A DNA stretch of 64,000 bases from an uncultured Acidobacteriota bacterium (GCA_963836075.1 CAWIIB010000009.1:512001-576000), one strand, 5' to 3'. Positions 30,022 through 40,588 are shown, counted from the first letter of the stretch. Translations and numbers: made by a program. The notes: a model not told the origin generated them from the sequence alone.

Positions 30022-30494
30022 TCCACGAACCTCCAGGGATAGTTTTTACGTTGTGCGTACGTTCTTGCCCCGCCGAGGTTGTGCCCCGGCAGCGGCCTCT
30101 TTCCACAGAAGGCAACATTCCCTACCGAATTAATAGGGTTTATTCCTTTTATTCATTGCCCTGGAATCAATTCCACCTTCCGGAGAGCAACAACGTACCG
30201 ACGACGTCCCCCCCAAAAAAACTTCCCTGGCGCCGCAAAATCCAGATAATAGATACATCACGTCGATCATGTGGTTGGCAGTTCACCACGTGGCCGGCAA
30301 ACGACTCTCAAGTTTTTCAGTTTTTTCAAACCGAAGAGGCCCCAAGCGGGGCAAACGCAGTGCCTGGGGGGCAATGGTGCTTCCTCAGGTTCCGGTCATG
30401 GTTGAACGTTACGTATTTACGTATTCGCGAACCCGTGGCTGATGGAAGACAACACGGCCCATAATCGGGCTGCAACAACGAGTGGAGATAGCAG

Positions 30495-32978
30495 ATGAAA
30501 AGTTTTTGGACCAGAACTCTGACAGCCACCCTCTGTATGTTGATCCTGGTGCTTCCGGCGATGGCGTCCGATGCACCACTGAGAAATGGGAAGATCCAGC
30601 CGACCGGCCTCGCCTCATCCCCGGCCGAAGCGGCCCATATGATGGCCAGCGTGCAGCGCTCGACCAGTACTGCCCGGCAGCGGATGCAGCTGTCGAATAT
30701 CGGCGGCCTGGGACTTCAGGCATTGCGGGACAGTTGGACGCCCGCACCCGGTTACGCGACACCGGAAATGCAGATGACGAACATCGGCAAAGAGTCGATG
30801 CGCACCTTCGAGGGCCACGACCTCGGTTCGTTGAGCGATGGGGTGGTCACCGCCACGGCCATTCTCTACGCGCCCTCCCAGCCTGACAACCCGGCCTTCC
30901 GCACGGCGCTCTCCGCCTGCACCGGCGCCACCGTCGATTACTTCGATGCCAGTGCCGGCACCCCGAGCGTGGCCCTGCTCTCGGCCTATGACTGCGTGTA
31001 CGTCTGGGGCAACTATGCCTTTGCCGATGCCGTCCTCTACGGCGACAACCTCGCGGCTTACGTGGACGTCGGCGGCAAGGTGATCCTCGGCCAGTGGTGC
31101 TACCACACCACTCAGATCAACTGGCTGGAGGGTGCGATCATGACCCCGGCCTACTGCCCCATCACCGCAACGGGTTATGAAAGCGGAGCCTACAACGGCG
31201 ACGGCGGCGACTGCGTCCACGGCGGCGTCGGCGCCTACGATTCCTCCTATTTCGACGCCTGCACGCCGATCGGCGGCGCCTTCTCCGACGGGACATTCAA
31301 CAACCCCTCGAACAGCCTGGCCGTGGCCTGGCGCGCCGACCGCGCCGTCTACTACAGCCCGGGCTTCACCGGCACCGACTACGGCACCGGTGACTGGGCC
31401 ACGTTGGCCTGCAACATGTGCGACTGCACCGCCGGCGGCGGCTGGGGCATCCTCTACGCGCCCACCGAAAATGACAACCCGACCTTCCGCGCTGATGTCG
31501 CCGCCTGTTCGGGTAAAAACGTCGACTATTACGACGCGCGCACTGGCACCCCGACCGTGGCCGAGCTGATGGCCTACGATTGCGTGTTCACCTGGACGAA
31601 CGGCGCCTATGCCGACGCCACCACTTTCGGCAACAACCTCGCCGCCTACGTCGACGCCGGCGGTAAGGTGATCCTCGGCCAGTGGACCCTGCAGAGCGAC
31701 CAGGCCTACTTCCTGGGCGGCGCGATCATGACCGCGGCCTACTGCCCGGTCACCACGAGCACCAGTTACGACTCGGGTGCCTACAACGGCGACGGCACTG
31801 ACTGCGTGCACGGCGGCGTTGGCGCCTACGACACGACCTATCTCGACGTCGCCACGGCGATCGGCGGAGCTTCCTCCGACGGGACGTTCAACAACGGTTC
31901 GAACAGCCTGGCCGTGGCCTGGCGCGCCGACCGCGGCGTCTACTACAGCCCGGGCAACACCGGCAACACTTACGGCACCGGTGAATGGGCCGAGTTGATC
32001 TGCAACATGGATTCCTGCGTCGACGTCACCTACGGGGACATCCTCTACGCACCGAGCGAAGCGGACAACTCGGTCTTCCGCGCTGAAGTGGCTGCCTGCA
32101 CCGGCATGACCGTCGACTACTACGACGCGCGCGTTGGCACCCCGGACGTGGCACTGCTCTCGAACTACGACTGCGTGCTCACCTGGGCCAACTATGCCTA
32201 CTTCGACAATGTCGCATTCGGCGACAACCTGGCGACCTACGTGGACGGCGGAGGCAAGGTGATCCTCGGTCAGTGGTGTCTGCCCACCGCGGGCAACTAC
32301 CTCTCCGGCGCGATCATGACCTCAGCCTACTGCCCGACCACCGCAGTTTCGCCCTGGGAATCCGGAGCCTACAACGGCGACGGCACCGATTGCGTGTTTG
32401 GCGGTGTCGCCGGCCTTGATGCCCCCTATTTCGACGCCGCTACGCTGGTGGCCGGGGCTTCCGATGGGACGTTCAACAACCCGTCGAACAGCCTGGCCGT
32501 GGCCTGGCGCGCCGACCGGATGGTCTACTCCAGCCCGGGGCAGACCGGCGGCACCTACACCACCGGTGATTGGGCCCAGTTGCTCTGCAACATGTGCTCC
32601 TGCTCGGCGGGACCGAGCGGCACCATCGCCGTGGACCTGGATGCGACGCCCGACAGCGGTTTCACACCCTTCACCTCCTACTTCTCCGCGACGTTGACCA
32701 ACCTGACCACCGAGAACCGGCGCGCTGCCGCGAGAATCAACGTGGTCATCGCCAACGGCAACAACTACAACAACTGGAGAGCCGGTTGGACCAACCTCTC
32801 CAGCCTGGAGGTCTTCACCAAGTCCTGGTACCAGACCATCCCGGCCCTGGCAACCGTGATCGGCACCAACACCTTCACCCTTCAGGGTGCTGACGTGACG
32901 CCGGCCCCCTACAACCAGCCGCCCTTCATGCCGTCTGGTGACACGGACACGGACGTGCAGACCGTGATCGCCAACTAG
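30495..32978 (+). CDS. Secreted protein with three ~200-aa Cys-rich repeats and the shared C-terminal domain
   Basis: Signal peptide; three ILYAP...GDNLAAYVDxGGKVILGQW...SLAVAWRADR units; C-terminal NWRAG...PYNQPP. Confidence 0.88.
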   Translation: MKSFWTRTLTATLCMLILVLPAMASDAPLRNGKIQPTGLASSPAEAAHMMASVQRSTSTARQRMQLSNIGGLGLQALRDSWTPAPGYATPEMQMTNIGKESMRTFEGHDLGSLSDGVVTATAILYAPSQPDNPAFRTALSACTGATVDYFDASAGTPSVALLSAYDCVYVWGNYAFADAVLYGDNLAAYVDVGGKVILGQWCYHTTQINWLEGAIMTPAYCPITATGYESGAYNGDGGDCVHGGVGAYDSSYFDACTPIGGAFSDGTFNNPSNSLAVAWRADRAVYYSPGFTGTDYGTGDWATLACNMCDCTAGGGWGILYAPTENDNPTFRADVAACSGKNVDYYDARTGTPTVAELMAYDCVFTWTNGAYADATTFGNNLAAYVDAGGKVILGQWTLQSDQAYFLGGAIMTAAYCPVTTSTSYDSGAYNGDGTDCVHGGVGAYDTTYLDVATAIGGASSDGTFNNGSNSLAVAWRADRGVYYSPGNTGNTYGTGEWAELICNMDSCVDVTYGDILYAPSEADNSVFRAEVAACTGMTVDYYDARVGTPDVALLSNYDCVLTWANYAYFDNVAFGDNLATYVDGGGKVILGQWCLPTAGNYLSGAIMTSAYCPTTAVSPWESGAYNGDGTDCVFGGVAGLDAPYFDAATLVAGASDGTFNNPSNSLAVAWRADRMVYSSPGQTGGTYTTGDWAQLLCNMCSCSAGPSGTIAVDLDATPDSGFTPFTSYFSATLTNLTTENRRAAARINVVIANGNNYNNWRAGWTNLSSLEVFTKSWYQTIPALATVIGTNTFTLQGADVTPAPYNQPPFMPSGDTDTDVQTVIAN

Positions 32979-32991
32979 GCTTTGCAAACCC

Positions 32992-33028
32992 CGCTCCCCC
33001 CGGTTTCGGCCGGGGGGAGCGTTTCCCT
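32992..33028 (+). terminator. Probable intrinsic terminator
   Basis: CGCTCCCCCCGG-type GC stem-loop followed by TTTCCCTT just after the stop. Confidence 0.55.
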
Positions 33029-33162
33029 TCTCCCCCCCTATCCCCGACTCCCCCACCATAAAACCGTCAGGCCTGCGGCATGAATGGCAGCATTCAGTGC
33101 GCTATACTTCCCCCATAGACGGACTATATCTTTCATCCATCCGTTCAGCGAGGGACACGCTC

Positions 33163-34134
33163 ATGTTTTCAGCACACAGACGCCCGGTGGTCACGGTGGT
33201 TCTCCTATCCATTGCGCTTTCCATTGCCTGGAGCGGCACCAGCAGTGCCGGAAGCCTTCCGTATGCCATCTACCCCGAGGTCAACGAGAAACAACCTGAT
33301 CTGCCGTCACCATTCACCGATCAGGCCCGGATTGAATATGTCGTAGCGGTGACCAAAGATAATCGTTTTGCGGTCATCCCGGTGACCCTGAGCAACGATC
33401 GATGGATCTGCCGGCAACTGGTGACCGATTCCGAGGATTTCCCGACTTTCGCCCGGACGGGTCTTCACACGGACGCCGAACTGGACAAGATCAAAACCAT
33501 CACCGGCCGCCCGCTGGACGAGATCACCCGGCTGGGCCGCCCCGGCGGCCTGTCAGAGGGAGGGTTCATGGCCGCGGACGAGACGATCCTCTCGGTGATC
33601 AGGTCCGACAACCGCCTGGTGCGGGCGCTGGGCCTGACCCACCCGGATCTGGCCCGGCCGCTGTTCCACGTGCTGAACATGATGGATACCGACCTGAACC
33701 TCAACCGCTGGAACATGGCCAGGCACAGATGGGAGAACATTCAGTACTTTTTCTACAACGGCCACAAGGTATATGTTGATGCCGGGGACACCAAGGGCGG
33801 TCAGAAGTCCATCTTCGACGACGGGATCGAAGGCGGGTTTCACATCAAGCTGTGGCGCGAGCTGGAACCGGAGGAGCTGAAGCTCCTGGAAAAGACCTAT
33901 GGCGACCTGTCACCCGCCCGGATGGAAAAGTTCAAGCAACTGCTCAGTTTCATCAATACCGGCGAGATACAGCCGCAATACATCATGAGATACGGCTTCT
34001 ATGAAGGCCACACCTACTGGAGAGCCGACCCCATCGCCATCACCTTCATCTTCGGGCTGAAAACCCTGCCCGAAATCGAGGGCGCTTTCCCGGGGATGCT
34101 CCATACGACCCTGACGGCCCATTTCACGGAATAG
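33163..34134 (+). CDS. Hypothetical exported protein
   Basis: Long ORF with genomic codon bias and signal-like N-terminus; no recognised family. Confidence 0.75.
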   Translation: MFSAHRRPVVTVVLLSIALSIAWSGTSSAGSLPYAIYPEVNEKQPDLPSPFTDQARIEYVVAVTKDNRFAVIPVTLSNDRWICRQLVTDSEDFPTFARTGLHTDAELDKIKTITGRPLDEITRLGRPGGLSEGGFMAADETILSVIRSDNRLVRALGLTHPDLARPLFHVLNMMDTDLNLNRWNMARHRWENIQYFFYNGHKVYVDAGDTKGGQKSIFDDGIEGGFHIKLWRELEPEELKLLEKTYGDLSPARMEKFKQLLSFINTGEIQPQYIMRYGFYEGHTYWRADPIAITFIFGLKTLPEIEGAFPGMLHTTLTAHFTE

Positions 34135-34264
34135 CTTCCGTCGCCGGTGGTCAAACAGCAGGACCGGCTGAGTTTTCATGGACAGTTAGTGCAGCGAAAT
34201 GCCCGGCAGGTCCCTGAGCGGCCGCTTACTGCCGGAATCTCACACCGCTCACCGGGAAAACATC

Positions 34265-35566
34265 ATGGGCGACTGGGGCTGGAGCCACCTCAAGCAGAGT
34301 GACAAGCGGGCCATTCTGCGGGGCTTGAGCGACGGATCGGTCCACGGCGGGCCCTACCACGTGGAGCTGCAGCCAAGCGACCGCTGCGATATCGACTGCT
34401 TTTTCTGTTCAACACGCAGCCACCGGATCGGTGCGGAACTCCCGCTGGAAACGATCAGGGCCCTCACGCAGCAGATGAAAGCCGCAGGAGTCTATTCCAC
34501 CACCCTCTGCGGCGGGGGTGAGCCGCTCGTCTATCGTCACATCCTCCCCTTGTTCCGGATGCTCCGGAAGGCCGGCATCGCCATCGACCACCTCACCACC
34601 AACGGCACCCGGCTCACCCCTCGCTGCAGTGAAGCCCTGTTGGATGGCGGCTGTCGGGAGGTCATCATCAGCCTCAACACGTCCCGGGCTCACTGCTATG
34701 CCGGGATGATGAGGACGTCGGAAGCCACCTTCCACCGGGTGGTTGACAACATCCGTCAACTGGTGGAGCTGCGGGGTCGGAGATCAACGCCGCAGGTCAT
34801 CCTGCAGTTCATGCTGCTCAGGGAAAACTTCCGCACACTGCCGAGGATGTACGATCTGGCTGAGTCGCTGGGTGTGGACGGGATCCTGTTCAGAGAACCG
34901 GCGTTCCTCCCGGCGGGCAGCCAGCTGAACGACGATGAGACGGAAGAGATGATGCAGATGCTGGAGTCGCTGCTCCTCGAGGACCGATTTCGCCTGATCC
35001 GCTCCATCGACAGCTTCCACCGCGATATTTCCGGATCGCTGTCGCCGGTCATTTCCCGGGTCACCCGCCGGCAGGCCGGGACCCCGTTCCACCGCACCGT
35101 CTGGAATCAGTTCCGGAATCGCCACAGCAGCCTGCGTGAGAAGTGGAGACGATTTTCAAACAGCAGGCACCGCCCGGCCACCCAGGCACTGCTGGGACAG
35201 CACGGCGGCTGTGTGGCGCTGTGGCATACCATGACCGTCCGCGCGGACGGCAGCGTGCCGGTCTGCTGCGTCCGGCAAACCAGCAGACTGGCCAGTGTTG
35301 AGGATCAGTGCCTGGAAGACATCTGGTACGGTGATGCGTTCCAGCATGCGCGGCGGCAGATGCATCGCGCCCTTCAGCAGGGCCGGCACTGGGCACCCGA
35401 AGCTGAAGAGATCCCGGCCCTGGTGCCCATGTGCTCGTGGGATGCCCGCGAAGGTCTCAGGCGTTGTATCTTCCGCAACTTCTACTACTCCACCGACCAC
35501 CGGTTCGTCCGCCGATTGCACAAAACCGTTCACCTGTCACAATCACTGGCTGTGCCTTCCCCGTGA
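34265..35566 (+). CDS. Radical SAM protein with SPASM/twitch domain
   Basis: CDIDCFFC, GGGEP, TTNG, C...ADGSVPVCC. Confidence 0.88.
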   Translation: MGDWGWSHLKQSDKRAILRGLSDGSVHGGPYHVELQPSDRCDIDCFFCSTRSHRIGAELPLETIRALTQQMKAAGVYSTTLCGGGEPLVYRHILPLFRMLRKAGIAIDHLTTNGTRLTPRCSEALLDGGCREVIISLNTSRAHCYAGMMRTSEATFHRVVDNIRQLVELRGRRSTPQVILQFMLLRENFRTLPRMYDLAESLGVDGILFREPAFLPAGSQLNDDETEEMMQMLESLLLEDRFRLIRSIDSFHRDISGSLSPVISRVTRRQAGTPFHRTVWNQFRNRHSSLREKWRRFSNSRHRPATQALLGQHGGCVALWHTMTVRADGSVPVCCVRQTSRLASVEDQCLEDIWYGDAFQHARRQMHRALQQGRHWAPEAEEIPALVPMCSWDAREGLRRCIFRNFYYSTDHRFVRRLHKTVHLSQSLAVPSP

Positions 35567-35676
35567 GGAGCTATTGTTCGAACTGTACTGATTCAAGTGG
35601 AGAAACAGATGTGCACACCGATGACGGGCGGGGAAAGCTGGAAACACTGATCCCGGAGCTGCTGGGAGAATAGAAA

Positions 35677-36093
35677 TCAGCTCTCCGAGCTGCCGGCAAT
35701 CAGGTCGGCCAGGGTGGTCCCGGAAAAGTGGTCGGAGACCATCCCGTGAATGGTGGGCAGCAGGCCGCCGAAAATGCAGCTGCCAAAGGTGCAGGCTTCG
35801 TTGCCCAGCAGGCAGTGCTCGCGGGGCAGCGGGCCGTCCATCGCCTCGAAGATCTCCAGCAGGGTAATCTCCCCCGGCTCGCGGGCCAGAACAAACCCGC
35901 CGCGGGGCCCGCGCACCGATCCCACCAGCCCGGCCCTGTTCAGCCGCTGGAACACCTTGTTCAGGTGTGCCTCGGACGCGCCAAAGGGCGCTGCGGCCCG
36001 GGCCGTGGAGATGGGCCAGGCATCCTGGTTGTTGGCCAGGTAGACCAGGCTGTGCAGCGCCAGGTTGGCCGCCTCGGTGATGTTCAGAATCAT
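35677..36093 (-). CDS. Rrf2-family transcriptional regulator
   Basis: HLNKVFQRL, SVRGPRGGFVLAR, CLLGNEACTFGSC. Confidence 0.92.
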   Translation of the reverse strand: MILNITEAANLALHSLVYLANNQDAWPISTARAAAPFGASEAHLNKVFQRLNRAGLVGSVRGPRGGFVLAREPGEITLLEIFEAMDGPLPREHCLLGNEACTFGSCIFGGLLPTIHGMVSDHFSGTTLADLIAGSSES

Positions 36094-36111
36094 GACAAAC
36101 CCCTCTTAATC

Positions 36112-37149
36112 CTACATCCGCGCCACGCCGAGAAAAACAGCGTGGAGCGCGGCGGCCAGCACGATGAACGCCGGCCGCGCCGCCTGCACCGCCCGGCCGG
36201 CCAGGGTGTAGTGCAACTGGCTGTCCGGACAGATCCCCACGCAGTCACCGCAGAGCGTGCAACTGAGACCCGGTTTCTTCTCCAGCACATGCTCCCGGTT
36301 CAGCGCGTCGTAGCGGCAGACGCCGCTGCACTTGAAACACTGGTTGCAACCATCACCGATGCGTACCCGGAAGAGGGAGAGCCGGCCCAGAAGGTTGGCC
36401 AGCAATCCCATGGGGCAATAGACCACGCAGTGGGCCATGGCCCCGCTGCGCCTTGACCAGACCATCATCAGCGCCACGCCCACCAGGCCAAAGGCCAGGG
36501 CCAGCCCGCCGGCCAGCATGGTTGAGGCCCCCACCGCGCGCAGCGCCAGCGCCGCCAAGGGCACCAGAACCAGCAGCGCCCAGCGCACCGCGCGGCTCCA
36601 TGCCGGCAAGGGCCGGGGCCGTTTCCTGGACCGCGAGGCGGCATGGTCCCAGGCGCCGATGTAACAGAGGTGGCTGCACCAGGCCGGCCCCACCAGCAGC
36701 ACGGTGCTGCAGAAGAGGATCAGCATGAACAGCCCCTCCATGCGGAAGAGCGGTCCGGCGATGATCAGGGCCGGTACCGGCAGGTGCAGCTCTCCGGTCA
36801 TCAAAAAGAGGTCGTAGCCCAGCAGTCCGATCAACAGCTGGGTGAAAAAGACACCGGAGAAGACCAGCCAGACCCGGCGGCGCCACAACGGCTGGGCCGC
36901 GGGGTCGAGCATCCGCCCGCCGATCCAGGCGGCGTAGAAGGCCAGCAGCAGGGCCTCCAGCCAGCCGCCGCCAGGAACGAATCGCTCCAGCAGCAACAGC
37001 GGCCGGTCCACCGGCGCCAGCTGCACCGCGGTCAGCGCCGCCGCGGTGACGGCAAAAGCCGCGACGCGGGGCACCCGGGATGCCGGGTCCCCGGCCGCGG
37101 CTGGATGATCAGAGCCATTCCTCGCCAAGAATATTACCCCGCAGGCCAA
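36112..37149 (-). CDS. Membrane 4Fe-4S binding protein (NapH/MauN-like); start uncertain
   Basis: WCSHLCYIG, HCVVYCPMG, CNQCFKCSGVC, CTLCGDCVGICP. Confidence 0.85.
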   Translation of the reverse strand: MACGVIFLARNGSDHPAAAGDPASRVPRVAAFAVTAAALTAVQLAPVDRPLLLLERFVPGGGWLEALLLAFYAAWIGGRMLDPAAQPLWRRRVWLVFSGVFFTQLLIGLLGYDLFLMTGELHLPVPALIIAGPLFRMEGLFMLILFCSTVLLVGPAWCSHLCYIGAWDHAASRSRKRPRPLPAWSRAVRWALLVLVPLAALALRAVGASTMLAGGLALAFGLVGVALMMVWSRRSGAMAHCVVYCPMGLLANLLGRLSLFRVRIGDGCNQCFKCSGVCRYDALNREHVLEKKPGLSCTLCGDCVGICPDSQLHYTLAGRAVQAARPAFIVLAAALHAVFLGVARM

Positions 37150-37882
37150 CGGTGACCTTCTTCAGCGGCACCTTGCGCCCGGCCGCGGCGACCGCCTGGG
37201 TGGCCAGGTGGACCAGGCCGGCGCAGCAGGGGACCTCCATGATCATCACGGTGAGGGTGTTGATCTTCGACTGGTCGATCATGGTCACCAGCTTCTGCAG
37301 GTAGACATCCTGCCCCTGGTCCAGCTTGGGACAGGCCACGGCCAGCGATTTTCCCTTCAGGTGGTCGTTGTGGAAGCCGCCCATGGCAAACGCCGTGCAG
37401 TCGGCGGCCAGCAGCACGTCTGAACCCTCGAAATAGGGTGCCGTGGGTGACACCAGGTGCAGCTGGATCGGCCACTGGCGCAATGCCGACGGGCCGCTCA
37501 CTGTTTCGTCGGCGGCCGAAGCATCGGCGGGCTCGTCGAATTTCTGCATCAATGATCCCGGGCAACCGCAGGCCGCGGGCGGCCCGTCGTGATGCCCATG
37601 GGCTGCGGCAGCCGGGGCGTGAACGTGTTCCTTCTTCTTCAGCGCCTGCAGGTGCTCCTCCACCGCGGCCTCGTCATATTCGTCGGCGTCGCGCTCCACC
37701 ACGGAGATCGCCCCTTCGGGACAGTCGCCGAGACAGGCGCCCAGACCGTCGCAGAGGTTGTCGGCCACTAGTTTCGCCTTGCCGTCGATGATCTGGATCG
37801 CTCCCTCGGCACAGGAGGGCACGCAGTCGCCGCACCCGGTGCAGAGTTCCTCGTCGATCAGTACCATTGGTCGCTTTGCCAT
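37109..37882 (-). CDS. 4Fe-4S ferredoxin-domain protein (hcp partner)
   Basis: CTGCGDCVPSCAEG, CDGLGACLGDCP, QWPIQL, ACPKLD, MEVPCC. Confidence 0.88.
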   Translation of the reverse strand: MAKRPMVLIDEELCTGCGDCVPSCAEGAIQIIDGKAKLVADNLCDGLGACLGDCPEGAISVVERDADEYDEAAVEEHLQALKKKEHVHAPAAAAHGHHDGPPAACGCPGSLMQKFDEPADASAADETVSGPSALRQWPIQLHLVSPTAPYFEGSDVLLAADCTAFAMGGFHNDHLKGKSLAVACPKLDQGQDVYLQKLVTMIDQSKINTLTVMIMEVPCCAGLVHLATQAVAAAGRKVPLKKVTVGLRGNILGEEWL

Positions 37883-37905
37883 CTGAAGTTCCCTCCCGGG
37901 GCCGT

Positions 37906-39588
37906 TTACGCGGCGGAATGGTCCGCTTTTTTGGCGCCTACCATCGCCGCCACATCGGCGGCCGGCTCGGTGATGGGGGTGATGTTGAAGTTCTCCACCA
38001 GAACGTTGACCACGTTCGGCGAGAGGAAGGCGGGCAGGGTGGGCCCGAGGCGGATTCCCTTGACACCCAGGTGGAGCAGGGCCAGCAGTACGGCCACCGC
38101 TTTCTGTTCATACCAGGCGATGTCGAAAGAAATCGGCAGTTCGTTGATATCCTCCAGTTCGAAGACCTCCTTCAGCTTCAGCGCCACCACGGCCAGCGAG
38201 TAGCTGTCGTTGCACTGACCGGCATCGAGCACCCGGGGGATGCCGCCGATATCGCCGAGGTCGAGCTTGTTGTAGCGGAACTTGGCGCAACCGGCGGTGA
38301 GGATCACCGTGTCCTTCGGCAGTTCCTTGGCCACGTCGCTGAAGTATTCGCGAGACTTGTGGCGGCCGTCGCAGCCGGCCATGACGACAAAACGCTTGAT
38401 CGCCCCCGACTTCACCGCGTCCACCACCTTGTCGGCCAGGGCCAGAACCTGGTTGTGGGCAAAGCCTCCGACGATGGTCCCCATCTCCAGTTCCTTCGGC
38501 GCCGGACAGTTCTTCGCCTGCTCCACCAGCGCCGAGAAGTCTTTCCGTCCACCCTCGGTCCGGTCGGCGATATGGGTCAGCCCGGGGTAGCCCACCGCAC
38601 CGGTGATGTAGATCCGGTCCCGGTAGGAATCCTGCACCGGCACCAGGCAGTTGGTGCTCATCAGGATCGGACCGCCAAAGGTCTCGAAGTCGTTCTGCTG
38701 GTCATACCAGGCGCCGCCGTAGTTGCCCACCAGGTGGTCGTATTTCTTGAACTCCGGGTAGTAGTGGGCGGGGAGCATCTCGCCGTGGGTGTACACGTCC
38801 ACACCGGTGCCGGCGGTCTGCTCCAGCAGCTCCTCCATATCCTTCAGGTCGTGGCCGGAGATGAGGATGCCCGGGTTGTTGCGCACGCCGAGACTCACCT
38901 CGGTGACCTCGGGGTTGCCGTAGGCCGCGGTGTTCGCCGTGTCGAGGAGGGCCATGGTGGTCACGGCCACCTCACCGGCCTTCATCACCAGGGCCACCAT
39001 CTCGTCCACGGTGTGCTCACGGGTGGTGGAAACCAGCGCTTCGCTGAAGAAGCCGTAGATCTCGTCCGACTCGTGGCCCAGCATCGCCGCGTGGTGGGCG
39101 TAAGCCGCAACACCCTTCAGACCGTAGACCAGCAGCTCGCGCAGGGAGCGCACGTCCTCGTTGGCGGTGGCCATGACACCCACCTGCGCCGCCCGGTCGG
39201 CGAACTGCTCCTCGCTGCCGCTCCAGGTGGCCGAGGGGTGAAGCCCCTCTTCGGCGGGCCGGCCATGCTTCTGCTCGAAGGGGCCCGCCACCAGCGCCCT
39301 GAGCTCGTCGCGCAGCGCCAGTGCCTTCTGTATATATGTGGTGACCTGGGCATCGTCGAAGCTGGTATTGGTCACGGTGACGAACAGGCTTTCGGCGATG
39401 AACCGGCCCACGCCGCTCTTCTCGATTCCCAGCTCACGGGCCATCTCCTGCCAGATGGACAGGCCGCGCAGGGCGTCCACCAGCAGATCCTGGAGGTTCG
39501 CCGTCGTTTCCGACTTGCCGCAAACCCCCGCCACCGTGCATCCCTGATTCTTCGCCGCCTCCTGACACTGGTAACAGAACATGCTCAT
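37906..39588 (-). CDS. hcp: Hybrid cluster protein (hydroxylamine/NO reductase), class I spacing
   Basis: MFCYQCQE-x-GC..GVCGK (C-X2-C-X8-C-X5-C), [31 protein letters not shown]. Confidence 0.96.
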   Translation of the reverse strand: MSMFCYQCQEAAKNQGCTVAGVCGKSETTANLQDLLVDALRGLSIWQEMARELGIEKSGVGRFIAESLFVTVTNTSFDDAQVTTYIQKALALRDELRALVAGPFEQKHGRPAEEGLHPSATWSGSEEQFADRAAQVGVMATANEDVRSLRELLVYGLKGVAAYAHHAAMLGHESDEIYGFFSEALVSTTREHTVDEMVALVMKAGEVAVTTMALLDTANTAAYGNPEVTEVSLGVRNNPGILISGHDLKDMEELLEQTAGTGVDVYTHGEMLPAHYYPEFKKYDHLVGNYGGAWYDQQNDFETFGGPILMSTNCLVPVQDSYRDRIYITGAVGYPGLTHIADRTEGGRKDFSALVEQAKNCPAPKELEMGTIVGGFAHNQVLALADKVVDAVKSGAIKRFVVMAGCDGRHKSREYFSDVAKELPKDTVILTAGCAKFRYNKLDLGDIGGIPRVLDAGQCNDSYSLAVVALKLKEVFELEDINELPISFDIAWYEQKAVAVLLALLHLGVKGIRLGPTLPAFLSPNVVNVLVENFNITPITEPAADVAAMVGAKKADHSAA

Positions 39589-39692
39589 CTTCCACTCTCT
39601 CCTTGCTGGGTGACAACGGCCGAAACCGTCATGCAGAAACGAAATTGAATAGACATCTTTGTTTTCAAACGCCAGACCTTAGCATTAATCCG

Positions 39693-39733
39693 ATAAAGAG
39701 GTATCAATATACCAGTTTATTTTTGAATGTCAA
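39693..39733 (-). promoter_or_regulatory. hcp sigma70-type promoter overlapped by a palindromic operator
   Basis: Minus TTGACA-N16-TATATT; ATAAAGAGGTAT-CAAT-ATACCAGTTTAT inverted repeat at 39693-39720. Confidence 0.6.
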
Positions 39734-39764
39734 CAATCCCTGACAAGATCATGACGATTGAGTC

Positions 39765-39824
39765 TGGGACACTGAGAAGTGTCTCATGAATGTATAGCGA
39801 GACATCGCAGTGTCTCTGAGACAC
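39765..39824. promoter_or_regulatory. Cluster of GAGACAC half-sites, candidate UAS
   Basis: TGGGACAC, GTGTCTCA-N11-CGAGACAT, GTGTCTC-T-GAGACAC. Confidence 0.6.
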
Positions 39825-39913
39825 GGCGGCCATGGGCCAAACCGGCCTCCACCCCTTGCGCTTCATCTAGTATCCATATTATTATCAGGTGTTTAAACTG
39901 ATAAGCTCCAGCT

Positions 39914-39929
39914 TGGCACGACCTGTGCT
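39914..39929 (+). promoter_or_regulatory. Sigma54 promoter upstream of the ferritin/dehydrogenase cluster
   Basis: TGGCACGACCTGTGCT; IHF-like TATCAGGTGTTTA just upstream. Confidence 0.75.
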
Positions 39930-40051
39930 AGTAGACCAGATGAACAGTTTAGGAATTACCGGGCGGACCGGCACAATCCACCGCCCTTTCAGAAACCGGC
40001 CGGAAATAACTCCGGCGATACATCAACGTTTATTTTTCAGGAGACATAACC

Positions 40052-40486
40052 ATGGGCCTCAAGGAGCAGCAGGAAAAGATCGTCGCCAACATGAAGAACT
40101 GGCAGAAGATCGAGGACGCCTCTGTGGCGTCGGTGAGCGAAGTGATCGAGAAGACCGACAACGCGGTAATCAAGATCGTCATGGAGATCATCAAGCGCGA
40201 CTCCGAGATGCACCACCGCATCCAGCAGATGATTGTGGACTGTCTGGAAAGCCAGACCGTGGAAGTGAGTTCCGACGACCTGATCAAGGTCTGGGACCTG
40301 ATCGAGAAGCACATCGCCATCGAAGAGCGGGCCGCCGACCTGGCCACGCACAGCCTGGAAGCCACCGAGGGAACCAAGGGCATGCTGGTGCCGCGCTACC
40401 TTCTGACCTACCTGATGACCGACGAAGCCAAGCACGACAAGCTGCTGGAAGACCTGGAGCTGTTCAAAAAAGGGATGTACAGTTAA
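40052..40486 (+). CDS. Ferritin-like four-helix protein
   Basis: DSEMH and DEAKH di-iron-like motifs; AGGAG RBS. Confidence 0.75.
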   Translation: MGLKEQQEKIVANMKNWQKIEDASVASVSEVIEKTDNAVIKIVMEIIKRDSEMHHRIQQMIVDCLESQTVEVSSDDLIKVWDLIEKHIAIEERAADLATHSLEATEGTKGMLVPRYLLTYLMTDEAKHDKLLEDLELFKKGMYS

Positions 40487-40588
40487 GTATCATCCGGCAC
40501 GCGGGCCCCTCGGGGTCCGCGCCGGACTGCCTTCTTATTCACAACAGAACCTGCCACGTGGTCTGAAGAGTTACCCCGGAGGGAAAAT

